Positions 21,182 through 30,300 are shown, counted from the stretch's first letter. The stretch is DNA of 64,000 nucleotides from Candidatus Pacearchaeota archaeon (GCA_026395815.1 JAPLXZ010000010.1:70659-134658), one strand, 5' to 3'. Made by a program: numbers and translations. The notes: a model not told the origin generated them from the letters alone.

Positions 21182-21728
21182 CCTTGAACATCTTTCTTAA
21201 AATACTGCTAAATAACATAGCAAAAATCAAATAAAACCAAAACCAATTTAAAAAACCAAAGAATTTTGGATTTCCTAATAAAACAAAGAAATCATTGAAC
21301 CATCTAAAGAACAAAATGAATGGAATTCCGGTAAATAAGATAGACCTGCTTGTTAATTTAAATGTTTTTGGTATAAATTCAAACTGCTTCTTTGATAACT
21401 CTGCTGTTTTTCCTGGATCATCTCTAAATTTTTTCATTTCTTCCTGTAACATCTTTTGCTGTTCTTTCAATTCTTTTAAAGCCCCTTGATCTGTTGCATA
21501 CTTTTGCAACAGGGTTGTTATTAAAGTTATTATGAAGATTATTATAATCATCCCAATTTCAATATTCCATTTCAGCAAAACACCGGCACTTGGATTTAAA
21601 ACAGCATGAACTGCATTTTTTATAAAAGGAATCTGATCCCAACAAGCAGCAATGACTACAGAAGCAATCATTACAAAGATTATAGGCATAAAACTACCGT
21701 CTTTTTTACCCATTTTATCATTAATCAA
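21174..21728 (-). CDS. DUF106 / EMC3-TMCO1 (Oxa1 superfamily) membrane insertase
   Basis: TM-coiled coil-TM layout, WFWFYLI; usual position downstream of secY. Confidence 0.88.
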   Translation of the reverse strand: MINDKMGKKDGSFMPIIFVMIASVVIAACWDQIPFIKNAVHAVLNPSAGVLLKWNIEIGMIIIIFIITLITTLLQKYATDQGALKELKEQQKMLQEEMKKFRDDPGKTAELSKKQFEFIPKTFKLTSRSILFTGIPFILFFRWFNDFFVLLGNPKFFGFLNWFWFYLIFAMLFSSILRKMFKVV

Positions 21729-21743
21729 ATTTACTTTTTAAAC

Positions 21744-23183
21744 TTAAGTTTTCATAAATTTCCTTAATGCAGGATTCATATCTGTTTGATGTTGCTGAAC
21801 AATGTTCTGATAGAACTGAAAGAAAATCATTACAACAAGCAAGATAGCTGTTCCAGAGGTTAATGCTCCCATTAAGTTTGTTACTGAAGCCAAAAATCCA
21901 ATAGCAATTCCCCCCATAACAGTTAAAGGCATGATATACCTGTCTAAAATGCTTTCTAAAACTCTTTCATCCTGCCTAAATCCTGAAATTTGCAATCCTG
22001 AAGAAGATATCTTATTGGCTTGAGCCTTTGAATCCATTCCTGAAGTCTTAACCCAAAATACTGCGAATAAAGTTGAAAGAACTACATAAAACAAAATGTG
22101 AGTTAATCCCTGAAGTAAATACTTTAGCAAAAATCCCCCCCTTATTATTAATTCTAGAAGATTAGTTGAACCCATCCAGAATGCTAAACCAGAAATTGGC
22201 TGTCCATCAATAAAATGTCCTAAAAATCCAAAATAGGAAGCAAACTTTGCAATTCCTGCGCAAGTTCCTCCAACTATAAAGCAGGGAGCAGCAGCATTCT
22301 CTAAGATTCCTCCAAAGACTTGAAAGCTAACAACCAATGCAGCAGTTAAGATTACAGGAATGTTTGAAGCATAAAAGAAAGATAAAGGCCATTTTACATT
22401 ATAACCTCTTATTCTTCCCATTGACAATGGAACTTCTACTTTCAATGATTGTGCCCATACAATAACCAAGAAGATTATTACTGTAGCAATGATTGCACCT
22501 GCAGCAGATATTAATTCTGTAGGATATTTGTTAATTACTGCTTGTATCAAAACAAAGATTTTCCCAGGACATGCTGTTTTCCCAAAATCTAACAGACAAT
22601 TTCTTCCCTCTTGATTTACAAACTGAATTGCGCTAGTTATCAAATGCCATGAAGCACCAGCTGCAATAAACAAGCTTATTCCAGAACCGAATCCCCACTT
22701 GCTTGTTACTTCGTCCATATAATAAATTGCTATTCCTCCAAGTATTAATTGAAAGATAAGAAGCGGAGCAAGACCAGGAGATGCCTGCAATCCTTGCATT
22801 AAAACATAAATAAGTGCCTCAAAAATTATAAAGAAGAGAGTCAAGATTTTTTGAATTCCCTGAAAAAACTTTCTACCTTCAACACTCGTTGTGTCTATAT
22901 TAAGTATTCCACTTCCAGTAAGCAACTGCAAAATAACTGAAGCCATTACTATTGGTCCAATACCCAAAGAGATTATGCTTCCAAAGTCAGTCCCAAGAAT
23001 TATTGCTAAATATTTGAATCTTTCAAGAGCATTATTTGAAAGTCCGAAAAGCGGGATGTTTGCGAGAACAAAAAAAGAAACCAAGATTATCAAAGTCCAT
23101 TTTAATTTTACACTAAAACTTACTTTTTTCTCATCAGGACTTTTGACTTCTGGTATAAATTTGAATATGCCTCTTAAATCCAT
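21744..23183 (-). CDS. secY: Preprotein translocase SecY/Sec61alpha
   Basis: KLKWT, LGIGPIV, KWGFGSGISLFIAA, YASNIPVIL; true start MDLRG at 23183. Confidence 0.97.
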   Translation of the reverse strand: MDLRGIFKFIPEVKSPDEKKVSFSVKLKWTLIILVSFFVLANIPLFGLSNNALERFKYLAIILGTDFGSIISLGIGPIVMASVILQLLTGSGILNIDTTSVEGRKFFQGIQKILTLFFIIFEALIYVLMQGLQASPGLAPLLIFQLILGGIAIYYMDEVTSKWGFGSGISLFIAAGASWHLITSAIQFVNQEGRNCLLDFGKTACPGKIFVLIQAVINKYPTELISAAGAIIATVIIFLVIVWAQSLKVEVPLSMGRIRGYNVKWPLSFFYASNIPVILTAALVVSFQVFGGILENAAAPCFIVGGTCAGIAKFASYFGFLGHFIDGQPISGLAFWMGSTNLLELIIRGGFLLKYLLQGLTHILFYVVLSTLFAVFWVKTSGMDSKAQANKISSSGLQISGFRQDERVLESILDRYIMPLTVMGGIAIGFLASVTNLMGALTSGTAILLVVMIFFQFYQNIVQQHQTDMNPALRKFMKT

Positions 23184-23281
23184 TATGCAAAATCTCCTGT
23201 TTTGTATTTTGGTTGAATTTCCTGTGCACAAGTTCCTCGTCTTGTGCAGTGGCTGACTTCCTGTCTGCTACGTTCTACCAT
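23183..23281 (-). repeat. Junction cassette, 32-aa mini-ORF MVERSRQEVSHCTRRGTCAQEIQPKYKTGDFA*, TAATG-coupled to secY
   Basis: Ends TACAAAACAGGAGATTTTGCATAATG; contains extra 8-bp hairpin TGCACAAG/CTTGTGCA (23225-23248). Confidence 0.8.
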
Positions 23282-23331
23282 TGTGCAAATCTCCTAAATT
23301 TGTATTTATGGCAAATTTCTCGTTTGCTCAT
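23275..23331 (-). repeat. Junction cassette, 18-aa mini-ORF MSKREICHKYKFRRFAQW*
   Basis: Starts 1 nt after the rpl15 stop; ATGAGCAAACGAGAAATTTGCCATAAATACAAATTTAGGAGATTTGCACAATG; 50 nt to next ATG. Confidence 0.8.
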
Positions 23332-23332
23332 T

Positions 23333-23773
23333 TTATTTCACTAAAATTTCTCCACCCGCCTCTTTTACTTTTTCCATTGCAGATTTTGAAGCTTCTTTTG
23401 CTTTTATAATCAATTTTTCTTTTATTTCTCCATCACCAAGGATTTTATAATCCTCTAAATTAACTTCCCATTTATCCTCTTTCTTCTTCCCGTAGGTTTT
23501 AAGATTTTGTTCTATTGTTCCAAGATTTATTCTTTTCCTTTTATCTCTCTCTGTTCTTTTGCTAGTGATTCCTTGTTTTCCAAAATATTTATTGCCAAAC
23601 AATTTTATGACAAGGCTTTTTTTCTGGTCTGCTCTTTTTCCTGTTCCAGACATTCCTTTCCCACCATAATGTCCTTTCTTCTTGTGTTTTTTTCTCTCTC
23701 CCCATCCATGCGTTCCTCTACCTCTTCCTTGCATTCTGCTTGATTTTCTTCTTTTGTGTGTTTTGATTGCCAT
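23333..23773 (-). CDS. rpl15: 50S ribosomal protein uL15
   Basis: GRGTHGWG, GGKGMSG, YFGKQG, YKILGDG, KVKEAGG. Confidence 0.95.
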   Translation of the reverse strand: MAIKTHKRRKSSRMQGRGRGTHGWGERKKHKKKGHYGGKGMSGTGKRADQKKSLVIKLFGNKYFGKQGITSKRTERDKRKRINLGTIEQNLKTYGKKKEDKWEVNLEDYKILGDGEIKEKLIIKAKEASKSAMEKVKEAGGEILVK

Positions 23774-23774
23774 T

Positions 23775-24080
23775 TTATTTCACTATTATCCTTTTTAATT
23801 TGTTTATATCTAACTGTCCTTGATGAGCTGATGCATAACATTCGTCATATCTTTCATCCCACAAGTCTAATCTAACAAGTTCACACCTTAGATGATAATA
23901 ATCATAATAGATATCACTATCAACATAATTAGATTTTCCCTCTTTAATTTTTTTAGCTATCCTATCTATAGCGATTATTTTGTCTTTCACATCTCGATTA
24001 ACTAAGGTTCTATAATAATCTGGTTTCCCTTTCATTACTTTTGTAACTTCTTCTGCAACAACTTGAGCTATGGTTTTCAT
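23775..24080 (-). CDS. Hypothetical orphan protein inserted between rpl30 and rpl15
   Basis: 101-aa ORF, GAGGA upstream, coupled to both neighbours. Confidence 0.6.
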   Translation of the reverse strand: MKTIAQVVAEEVTKVMKGKPDYYRTLVNRDVKDKIIAIDRIAKKIKEGKSNYVDSDIYYDYYHLRCELVRLDLWDERYDECYASAHQGQLDINKLKRIIVK

Positions 24081-24166
24081 AACATCCTCTCTATTAACTC
24101 ATTTATTTTCTCTTCCGATTTTTTGTTTACAAAATATCGCAAACTGAAATTAATTTTTTTCATCAT
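24077..24166 (-). other. 29-aa bridging mini-ORF ending in a copy of the uL30 C-terminus (INELIERML*)
   Basis: MMKKINFSLRYFVNKKSEEKINELIERML*; ATGA overlaps at both ends. Confidence 0.65.
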
Positions 24167-24510
24167 AGCATTCTCTCAATTAATTTATTAATTTCAGTTT
24201 TATTATTTCCTAAAACTCCCTTCCCAATTCCAAAAGGTTTTTTGCTTTCAATTCCCTTTCTTGGTGGATGTAATCTAAAAAAGGTTTTTGATTTCTTTCC
24301 ACGAGCTTGAACTAATTTTTCATATGTTTCTTCGCTAATATCACCATATGCAACAAAATTCCTAACTTTTTCAATCATCCCTAATTGTTCTTTGCCTGGT
24401 TTTTCTGAAACAATACACGAATATTTCTTTTTTAATCTCAATCTTTCAAATGTTTCTTTTATCTCTTTTCTTAGCCCAACATTTCCTTTTATCCTTATTA
24501 CTGCTATCAT
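24163..24510 (-). CDS. rpl30: 50S ribosomal protein uL30
   Basis: MIAVIRIKG, LRL, FRLHPPRKG, INKLIERML; start reassigned to 24510. Confidence 0.95.
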   Translation of the reverse strand: MIAVIRIKGNVGLRKEIKETFERLRLKKKYSCIVSEKPGKEQLGMIEKVRNFVAYGDISEETYEKLVQARGKKSKTFFRLHPPRKGIESKKPFGIGKGVLGNNKTEINKLIERML

Positions 24511-25277
24511 CTTTCTTTCTCCATATTTGTTTTTTCTAATGCATTGATACATGCTTTTACTAAATTTGATGTTGTTCTTCTGCTTCCAAAACTTTTGCTA
24601 TAAACATCTTTTATTCCTGCAAGTTTTAATACTTTTTTTAATTCATTTGCTACTACAAGGCCTGTTCCTTGTGGTGCAGGTGTCAAGATTATTTCTACGC
24701 TTCCTGCCTTTCCAATTACCTTGAATGGTATGCTGTGTGGTTCTGAACAAGCACAATCAAAACTTGAACACCCTCTTGTTACTTTCATGATATTCAATTT
24801 TGCTTTTCTTATTGCTTTGTCTCTTGCTGGAAGAGTTTCTTTTGCTTCTCCTGCTCCAATACCAACATGTCCGTCTTCATCGCCAATAACAGCAAGAGTA
24901 GAGAATGTTGGCACGTTTCCTTCTTTTGTTTTTCTTTGGGTTTGTTTCCATGCTCTTCTTTTTCCTCCACCAAACTTCCCTTTTGATTGTCCTATAGAAA
25001 TTAAATCAGATTTTACATTCAATAAAAAATCAACAATCTGTTGTTCCAATATTTTTCTTTTGCTTGTTAAAATATCATCAATATTCTTGATGTTTTTTTC
25101 CTTAACTTCTCTTCCGAGTTTTGTTTTTGGGATCCATGAAGCGAGTTCCTGTTTTCTGCTTTCTTCTTCTCTTCTCGTTTTTTCATCGATTATTTTCAAT
25201 TCTTTATCTATTTCTTTCTCTAAAAGTTCTTCGCTTATTATTTCTGGTTTTTCTTCATTAATTTTTTTCTCGGTCAT
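24507..25277 (-). CDS. rps5: 30S ribosomal protein uS5
   Basis: WIPKTKLG, VIGDEDGHVGIG, PAPQGTGLV, LAGIKDV. Confidence 0.96.
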   Translation of the reverse strand: MTEKKINEEKPEIISEELLEKEIDKELKIIDEKTRREEESRKQELASWIPKTKLGREVKEKNIKNIDDILTSKRKILEQQIVDFLLNVKSDLISIGQSKGKFGGGKRRAWKQTQRKTKEGNVPTFSTLAVIGDEDGHVGIGAGEAKETLPARDKAIRKAKLNIMKVTRGCSSFDCACSEPHSIPFKVIGKAGSVEIILTPAPQGTGLVVANELKKVLKLAGIKDVYSKSFGSRRTTSNLVKACINALEKTNMEKER

Positions 25278-25279
25278 TT

Positions 25280-25774
25280 TTAGTTTTTTTCTATCTTCGA
25301 TTTAATTTCATTGAATTTTTGTGAAAAATCTTTTTTCATGTGTTTTCCACTTATCCTATCTTTATCTGGGAAACATTCTTCATCACATTTTATTTTTATT
25401 CCAGATTCTATAATTCCATTCAAAAAAGCATAAGCTCTATTTTTTCTTATTGCTCTAACCATACCAAAATCAGCAATAGGGGTTTTTAATTTGTTTTTGA
25501 TGATTTCTTTTCCTATAAGCAATCCAGTTAAATATGCTGCTGGAATTGACTTCAAACTTCCACTCATTTCATTAGGCCAACCGTATTTGATTAAAGCTTT
25601 TGAAGTCAATCCTATCTCGACTTTGTCTTGCGCTTCTTTGCTTGTTACATATTGTGCGAGGATATACTTGTTTGTTTTTCTGAAAATTACTCTTGGACAC
25701 TTGTTTTTTAACAATTTTATTCTCTTCAAATAATCTGTTTTTCCTTCCTTCCTTCTTCGCTTTAAAGTTTTCAT
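25280..25774 (-). CDS. rpl18: 50S ribosomal protein uL18
   Basis: RRRKEGKTDY, RKTNKYI, PAAYLTG. Confidence 0.95.
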   Translation of the reverse strand: MKTLKRRRKEGKTDYLKRIKLLKNKCPRVIFRKTNKYILAQYVTSKEAQDKVEIGLTSKALIKYGWPNEMSGSLKSIPAAYLTGLLIGKEIIKNKLKTPIADFGMVRAIRKNRAYAFLNGIIESGIKIKCDEECFPDKDRISGKHMKKDFSQKFNEIKSKIEKN

Positions 25775-26172
25775 TATTTATTTCCTCCAAAATATTCTTT
25801 TATATGGTTTTTATCCCTGAAGAATTTATTTTTTATTTTTTTTCTTACATCTTCCAATTCTTTTTTTGTCAACTTTCCCCTTACTTCTGCAACGTACTTT
25901 CTTAATTTTCTTGTTAAGATCATATAGTCTCTCTTACGCGTTTTTACTTTCTTTTTAATATTTCCAGTGCTTCTTTTTTTCTTCTTTTTGATATTTGTCT
26001 TCCTGCCTTTAATGTTCTTTATTGTTATTGCCCCATCTTTTTGCAAATCTCTAATATCCTGTTTTGTAATTGCTTCTTTTATTTCATCTAATCTAGAATT
26101 TGAGAAGGCAATTCTCTCTAACCCAACTCCAAAAGTTCTTGCAGCTAATAATTTTTTCTTTTTTAAATTCAT
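25774..26172 (-). CDS. rpl19e: 50S ribosomal protein eL19
   Basis: MNLKKKKLLAA..., AITKQDIRDL; start reassigned to 26172. Confidence 0.92.
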   Translation of the reverse strand: MNLKKKKLLAARTFGVGLERIAFSNSRLDEIKEAITKQDIRDLQKDGAITIKNIKGRKTNIKKKKKRSTGNIKKKVKTRKRDYMILTRKLRKYVAEVRGKLTKKELEDVRKKIKNKFFRDKNHIKEYFGGNK

Positions 26173-26222
26173 TATGTAAAACCTCCCGTTTTGTATTTGT
26201 GGCAAATTTCTTGTTTGCTCAT
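26172..26222 (-). repeat. Junction cassette (canonical copy), 16-aa mini-ORF MSKQEICHKYKTGGFT*
   Basis: ATGA overlap with rpl32e stop, TAATG overlap with rpl19e start; CAAAAC-GGGAG-GTTTT hairpin. Confidence 0.85.
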
Positions 26223-26599
26223 TTTTTCTTCTCCTTATCTTTTACTTCTTTTCTTTCATTTTTCTTTAGGAATTTTTCTGTATTAATGTTTGAAACATGA
26301 ATTCCCATCTCTTTTGCTTTTTTTATCAATTCAATTTTTTTTCTTTTTCCGATTTTTCCAATTATTATACTTTCCTTTGCTTTAACTTTTTCAAGTTCCT
26401 TTAAATTGCTGATTAGCATTATTTTTTTCTTATCTTCCTGTTTATACCCTATTCTTACTGACGCAGGATATCCTTTTTGTTTTTCTCTCATTTTATTATG
26501 CCTTCCTTTTGGTTTTCTCCAAACTTGTTTTTTCTTTCTTCCTTTCCCAAGCCGTGAATGCTTATCCCAGTTTCTTCTTAAGAATTTAATTTTTCCCAT
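26219..26599 (-). CDS. rpl32e: 50S ribosomal protein eL32
   Basis: KFLRR, WRKPKGRHNKMR, IGY, IGKRKK; start reassigned to 26599. Confidence 0.93.
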   Translation of the reverse strand: MGKIKFLRRNWDKHSRLGKGRKKKQVWRKPKGRHNKMREKQKGYPASVRIGYKQEDKKKIMLISNLKELEKVKAKESIIIGKIGKRKKIELIKKAKEMGIHVSNINTEKFLKKNERKEVKDKEKKK

Positions 26600-26661
26600 T
26601 ATGCAAACCTCCCGGGTTGTATCCACAATTTCTGAGGACATATGAAAAATTTACTTTCCAT
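26599..26661 (-). repeat. Junction cassette, 20-aa mini-ORF MESKFFICPQKLWIQPGRFA*
   Basis: Starts 2 nt after rpl6 stop, ends TACAACCCGGGAGGTTTGCATAATG into rpl32e. Confidence 0.75.
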
Positions 26662-26663
26662 AT

Positions 26664-27206
26664 TTACATTTCCTCCCCGCATTTGTTGGTTATGAATATG
26701 CCGTCTTGAAAAACTCTTCTGTCTCTTTTAGAAATTCTTGTAACATTCTCTAAATTAGCTGCAACCATCCCAGCTAATTCTTTGTTTATTGACCTTACTG
26801 TTATTATTTCTTTTTCAACTTCAACTTCAATTCCTTGAGGAAATTTTATTCTCCTTGGAACTTTTTCACCCAAAAAATTCTTTATTATTACTTCATTATT
26901 CTTAAGTTCGGCAGTTATAGGAAAATGGCTAAAACAAACTTTCAACTTATATTCGAATTTTTTTTGAACACCTTTAATCATATTTCTGATATGTGCAGCA
27001 ATTGTATTCATTATTCTTTTTTCTTTTTTAGTTGCTTTTTTGTTTCCTATTATTATTTGATTGTTTTTCTTTTCTGCGCTTAATTTTGAGAAATCAAATT
27101 TTCTTTCATTTATTCCATGTGTTCCACTGACTTTGACAAGATTTTCAATTAATTCAACTTCTACCCCATTTGGAATTTCAATTGTTTGGAATAATTCTTT
27201 TTTCAT
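26664..27206 (-). CDS. rpl6: 50S ribosomal protein uL6
   Basis: AHIRNMIKGV, SHFPI, NFLGEK, RDRRVFQDGIFI. Confidence 0.96.
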   Translation of the reverse strand: MKKELFQTIEIPNGVEVELIENLVKVSGTHGINERKFDFSKLSAEKKNNQIIIGNKKATKKEKRIMNTIAAHIRNMIKGVQKKFEYKLKVCFSHFPITAELKNNEVIIKNFLGEKVPRRIKFPQGIEVEVEKEIITVRSINKELAGMVAANLENVTRISKRDRRVFQDGIFITNKCGEEM

Positions 27207-27209
27207 AAT

Positions 27210-27590
27210 CTAGTAAAAATATGCTACCAAGCATCCTCCTGTTCCTTCTGTTAATGCCTCTTCATGAGTCATTAATCCCTTATTTGTTGAGATTATCATT
27301 GTTCCTATGTTTCTTGCTGGAAGATATCTTCTCTGATATTTTTCAATTTGCTCTTTTTTGACGGTGAATCTTGGTTTGATTGCCCTGCATTCAGACAACT
27401 TTCCAATGCCTACTTCTACGCTTTTCTTTTTGCTGTTGATTTTGTATTTCTTTATTGCTTCTTGTTGTTTCATTATTTTCAAAACCTCGATTAATAAATT
27501 TGAAATCTTTTTTATCTCTACATTTTCTTTTCCAGATTTTTTCGCATTCTTTATCATGTTTAGTGCATCAGCAACTGTATCTTGTGACAT
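27210..27590 (-). CDS. rps8: 30S ribosomal protein uS8
   Basis: MSQDTVADAL, AIKPRF, YLPA, ISTNKGLMTH, GGCLVAYFY; start reassigned to 27590. Confidence 0.95.
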   Translation of the reverse strand: MSQDTVADALNMIKNAKKSGKENVEIKKISNLLIEVLKIMKQQEAIKKYKINSKKKSVEVGIGKLSECRAIKPRFTVKKEQIEKYQRRYLPARNIGTMIISTNKGLMTHEEALTEGTGGCLVAYFY

Positions 27591-27591
27591 T

Positions 27592-27822
27592 TTATGAGTA
27601 TTTTTGAAAACCGATTTCTGTGGCAATTTCCCTGAAACAGTGTCGGCATAAATTTAATCCGTATGACTTTATATGTGCTCCAAATCTTCCGCATCGTTCA
27701 CATTTCTTTGCAGCAATCCCAATTTTTCTTTCCTTTGGCTTGTTATGTTTCAAAAATTTCTCCATAACTGCAGGTTTGTTCTTCAATTGTTTCAAAATTT
27801 TTTTCCAATCACTTGCTGTCAT
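27592..27822 (-). CDS. rps14: 30S ribosomal protein uS14
   Basis: CERCG...LCRHCFREIATEIGFQKY zinc finger with N-terminal extension. Confidence 0.95.
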   Translation of the reverse strand: MTASDWKKILKQLKNKPAVMEKFLKHNKPKERKIGIAAKKCERCGRFGAHIKSYGLNLCRHCFREIATEIGFQKYS

Positions 27823-27887
27823 TTAACAAACCTCCGTTTGGCGAATGAGTTAAAAATTTTCAGATTCAAAGGTAAGTTTTTTCTCAT
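27819..27887 (-). repeat. Divergent junction cassette, 22-aa mini-ORF MRKNLPLNLKIFNSFAKRRFVK*
   Basis: Own GGAG SD after rpl5 stop; CAAAC-GGAG-GTTTG hairpin; ATGA overlap with rps14. Confidence 0.6.
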
Positions 27888-27897
27888 GTTTTTCTCC

Positions 27898-28401
27898 TTA
27901 TATAAATTTTGTTTGGAAGTTTTCTTCCATAAATTTAATTATTTCCTCTTTACTAATCCCTTGTCTTTCTGGAATTTTTCCTGTTTTTATTTTTCTTAAT
28001 TTTACCCTTCTTCCTGCTCTTTTGAATACAACAGTAACATCTAATCCCTTAATTCCAATATCTCTCTGATAGTCCATCCCAGGAATTTCAATGTATTCTT
28101 TAAGTCCAAATGAAAAATTATTCACACTTATTTGGTTCTTTTTTAGTTTATTGTCTATCGCGACTAACATTCTCTTTAATACTGCTGGAACATCTTTTCT
28201 TATTGTAGAAACAGCTCCAACTTCTAATTTTGGACGAACTCCAAATGCAGGGATTCTTTTGTGAGATTTTATCTTTGCTGGCTTTTTATTAGTCAATAAT
28301 TGAAGAAGTTTTACTCCTTTTTCTAATTCTTCTGCAGTTCCACCTACACTTAGCACAATCTTCTCCATTCTTATCTGTCTGTTCGGATTTTCGTTTTTCA
28401 T
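27898..28401 (-). CDS. rpl5: 50S ribosomal protein uL5
   Basis: NPNRQIRMEKIVL, NFSFGLKEYIEIPG, GLDVTV. Confidence 0.96.
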   Translation of the reverse strand: MKNENPNRQIRMEKIVLSVGGTAEELEKGVKLLQLLTNKKPAKIKSHKRIPAFGVRPKLEVGAVSTIRKDVPAVLKRMLVAIDNKLKKNQISVNNFSFGLKEYIEIPGMDYQRDIGIKGLDVTVVFKRAGRRVKLRKIKTGKIPERQGISKEEIIKFMEENFQTKFI

Positions 28402-28403
28402 AT

Positions 28404-29054
28404 TTATTCAACCACCATTAATTGATTTATTAATATGTTAATTTCCCTATCTTCAATTTTTATTTCTGCTGTTTTATCCTTTAAATTTAATTTATTGATT
28501 ACTCCTTTTTTTCCAGAATGTTTTCCAGCAAAAACAATCACTTCAGCTTTTTCCTTTAATGGAAGACACTTTTCTATTTTTCCTTCCTTAAGATTAATCA
28601 AAACAGAATCATTTATATTACATTTAACTTCAGATAAAGAGTTTCTTCCATCACTTAAATTCAGTTGGATTTTCTTCCCCCTTAAACTTTTTTTATTGAT
28701 TATTTTTGATATTTTCTTTTCTGTCTCTGTTTTGTTTATCTCTTTAAGATAAAACTTTCCTTTTTCTGATAGTTCTAACCTATAACATTTATTTAGGGGG
28801 ATAACATTTATCGTATCGAATAATAAAACATTGTTCTTTTCATCTTTTATCTTTCTCTCATTTACTAAAACCTGTCTCAAATGAATTATCTTTTTTGCCT
28901 CTTTCCTTGTTTGTGCTAATTTGAGCAGATCTCTTAAAATAATTAATACTGGAATTCCCTTATTAATATTAAAATTAGGCTTGACTACATAAGTTGAGCC
29001 CTTTCTTTTTATTGGCCAATTTCTCGGAACTTCCTGTCTCATTAAATGACTCAT
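28404..29054 (-). CDS. rps4e: 30S ribosomal protein eS4
   Basis: HLMR..P.NWPIKRK, LRDLLKLA, QLNLSDGRN, GKHSG. Confidence 0.94.
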   Translation of the reverse strand: MSHLMRQEVPRNWPIKRKGSTYVVKPNFNINKGIPVLIILRDLLKLAQTRKEAKKIIHLRQVLVNERKIKDEKNNVLLFDTINVIPLNKCYRLELSEKGKFYLKEINKTETEKKISKIINKKSLRGKKIQLNLSDGRNSLSEVKCNINDSVLINLKEGKIEKCLPLKEKAEVIVFAGKHSGKKGVINKLNLKDKTAEIKIEDREINILINQLMVVE

Positions 29055-29464
29055 TTTTTATCCTCCTTGTCTTCTTTTTTCTTTTTTTCTTTGCTAATTT
29101 CTTTTATTCTTTTTTTGTCTTCTGTATTCAAATCAATAATCTGTAAATTTGAAGGATGCATTTTCACATTTGCTTTTGAACCATCTTGCTTTTTAACTTG
29201 TACTCCCTCAATTATCACTTTTGAATTTTTTACATCAACTTCAATGATTTTTCCTTGTTTTTTCTTAAATTTTCCTTTCATTATTTTGACATTATCTCCT
29301 TTCCTTATCGGAACATTTCTTTTTCCATATTTTTTTCTAAGTTCCTTTGATAAATTAACGCTTAATAATTTCCTTTTTATATGTAATGGAGCATTCGCTG
29401 AATATTTTCTTTGTTTTCTTGGTTGTTTGCTTGCTTTCCAATGTGTTGAAAATTCTTTTTTCAT
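29051..29464 (-). CDS. rpl24: 50S ribosomal protein uL24
   Basis: SKQPRKQRK, APLH, LSKELRKKYG, RKGDNV KOW, HPSN; start reassigned to 29464. Confidence 0.95.
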   Translation of the reverse strand: MKKEFSTHWKASKQPRKQRKYSANAPLHIKRKLLSVNLSKELRKKYGKRNVPIRKGDNVKIMKGKFKKKQGKIIEVDVKNSKVIIEGVQVKKQDGSKANVKMHPSNLQIIDLNTEDKKRIKEISKEKKKKEDKEDKK

Positions 29465-29465
29465 T

Positions 29466-29867
29466 TTAATATACACTTGCAGCGATTTTAGCAACTGATG
29501 GCCATCGCTCCATAACCTCCCTTGCAACAACACCCTTAATCTGAGTTCCCTTAGGATTTCCTTTATCATCTTTTAAAAGGGCAACAGCATTATCTTCAAA
29601 TGCAACCATCTCTCCATTTAATCTTTTATAAGACTTTTTTTGTCTAATTACAATTGCATCAAAAACCTTGCCTTTCATTTCAGGGAGACCTTTTCTTACA
29701 CTTACTTTTACCCAGTCAGCAACTTTTGCATATCCTTGTCTTCCTTTCTTGGTTTTTCCATGCTTTATTGAAACGAGTTTTGTTACTTTTGCTCCGCTGT
29801 TATCTGCAGCAATCATAATTGCTCCGATATTCAATCCTCTTGTTACTCTAGCGCTTACTGGTTTCAT
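29466..29867 (-). CDS. rpl14: 50S ribosomal protein uL14
   Basis: ADNSGAK, VIRQKK, FEDNAV, KGTQIKGVVARE. Confidence 0.97.
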   Translation of the reverse strand: MKPVSARVTRGLNIGAIMIAADNSGAKVTKLVSIKHGKTKKGRQGYAKVADWVKVSVRKGLPEMKGKVFDAIVIRQKKSYKRLNGEMVAFEDNAVALLKDDKGNPKGTQIKGVVAREVMERWPSVAKIAASVY

Positions 29868-29923
29868 TTAAAATTGTCTCCGTGTTTATTTTGAATGAAT
29901 GAAAATCTTTGATTTACTTTCAT
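29864..29923 (-). repeat. Divergent junction cassette, 19-aa mini-ORF MKVNQRFSFIQNKHGDNFK*
   Basis: Starts 1 nt after rps17 stop; 5' hairpin ATGAAAGT/ATTTTCAT; GGAG; ATGA overlap with rpl14. Confidence 0.6.
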
Positions 29924-29924
29924 T

Positions 29925-30275
29925 TTATCTTTCTCCCGCCGATTTTATTTTTTTAATTACAACGAAATGAATTATCTTGCTCAATGGACGGCATTCCTGA
30001 ATCATTATTAAATCTCCTATTTGAATGTCATTTTCTATGCATATTGGAAGTCTTGCATGAATTTTTGTTCTTGATTTGGAATATCTTTCATATTTTTTGT
30101 TGTAAATCATCCTCTCAAATTCGATTACAATTCTTTTTGGAAATTTCTTAATGACTCTTCCTTCAAAGATTCTTCCTCTTGTTTTTAACCCACCATGAAT
30201 ATGACATCTCTTATCATTGCAAATAGTAGTGACTATTTCTTTTTCTTCTTTCGATTTTTTTTCTGTTTTTTTCAT
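29925..30275 (-). CDS. rps17: 30S ribosomal protein uS17
   Basis: CNDKRCHIHG, KYERY, ECRPLSKIIHFVV; start reassigned to 30275. Confidence 0.94.
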   Translation of the reverse strand: MKKTEKKSKEEKEIVTTICNDKRCHIHGGLKTRGRIFEGRVIKKFPKRIVIEFERMIYNKKYERYSKSRTKIHARLPICIENDIQIGDLIMIQECRPLSKIIHFVVIKKIKSAGER

Positions 30276-30300
30276 TTTTTTTCTGTTTTTGTGTATGTCT

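Noticed and set aside
23184..23231. N-terminal extensions in the ORF track for SecY, eL19, eL32, aIF5A and the 56598 ORF (e.g. KIQNRRFCI, PQIQNGRFYI)
   Set aside because: They are the cassette read in another frame from upstream near-cognate starts; the true ATGs follow the cassette SD.
30255..30292. Repeat TTTTTTTCTGTTTTT around the rps17 start
   Set aside because: Low-complexity A-tract duplication with no ORF or hairpin; not evidence of an element.
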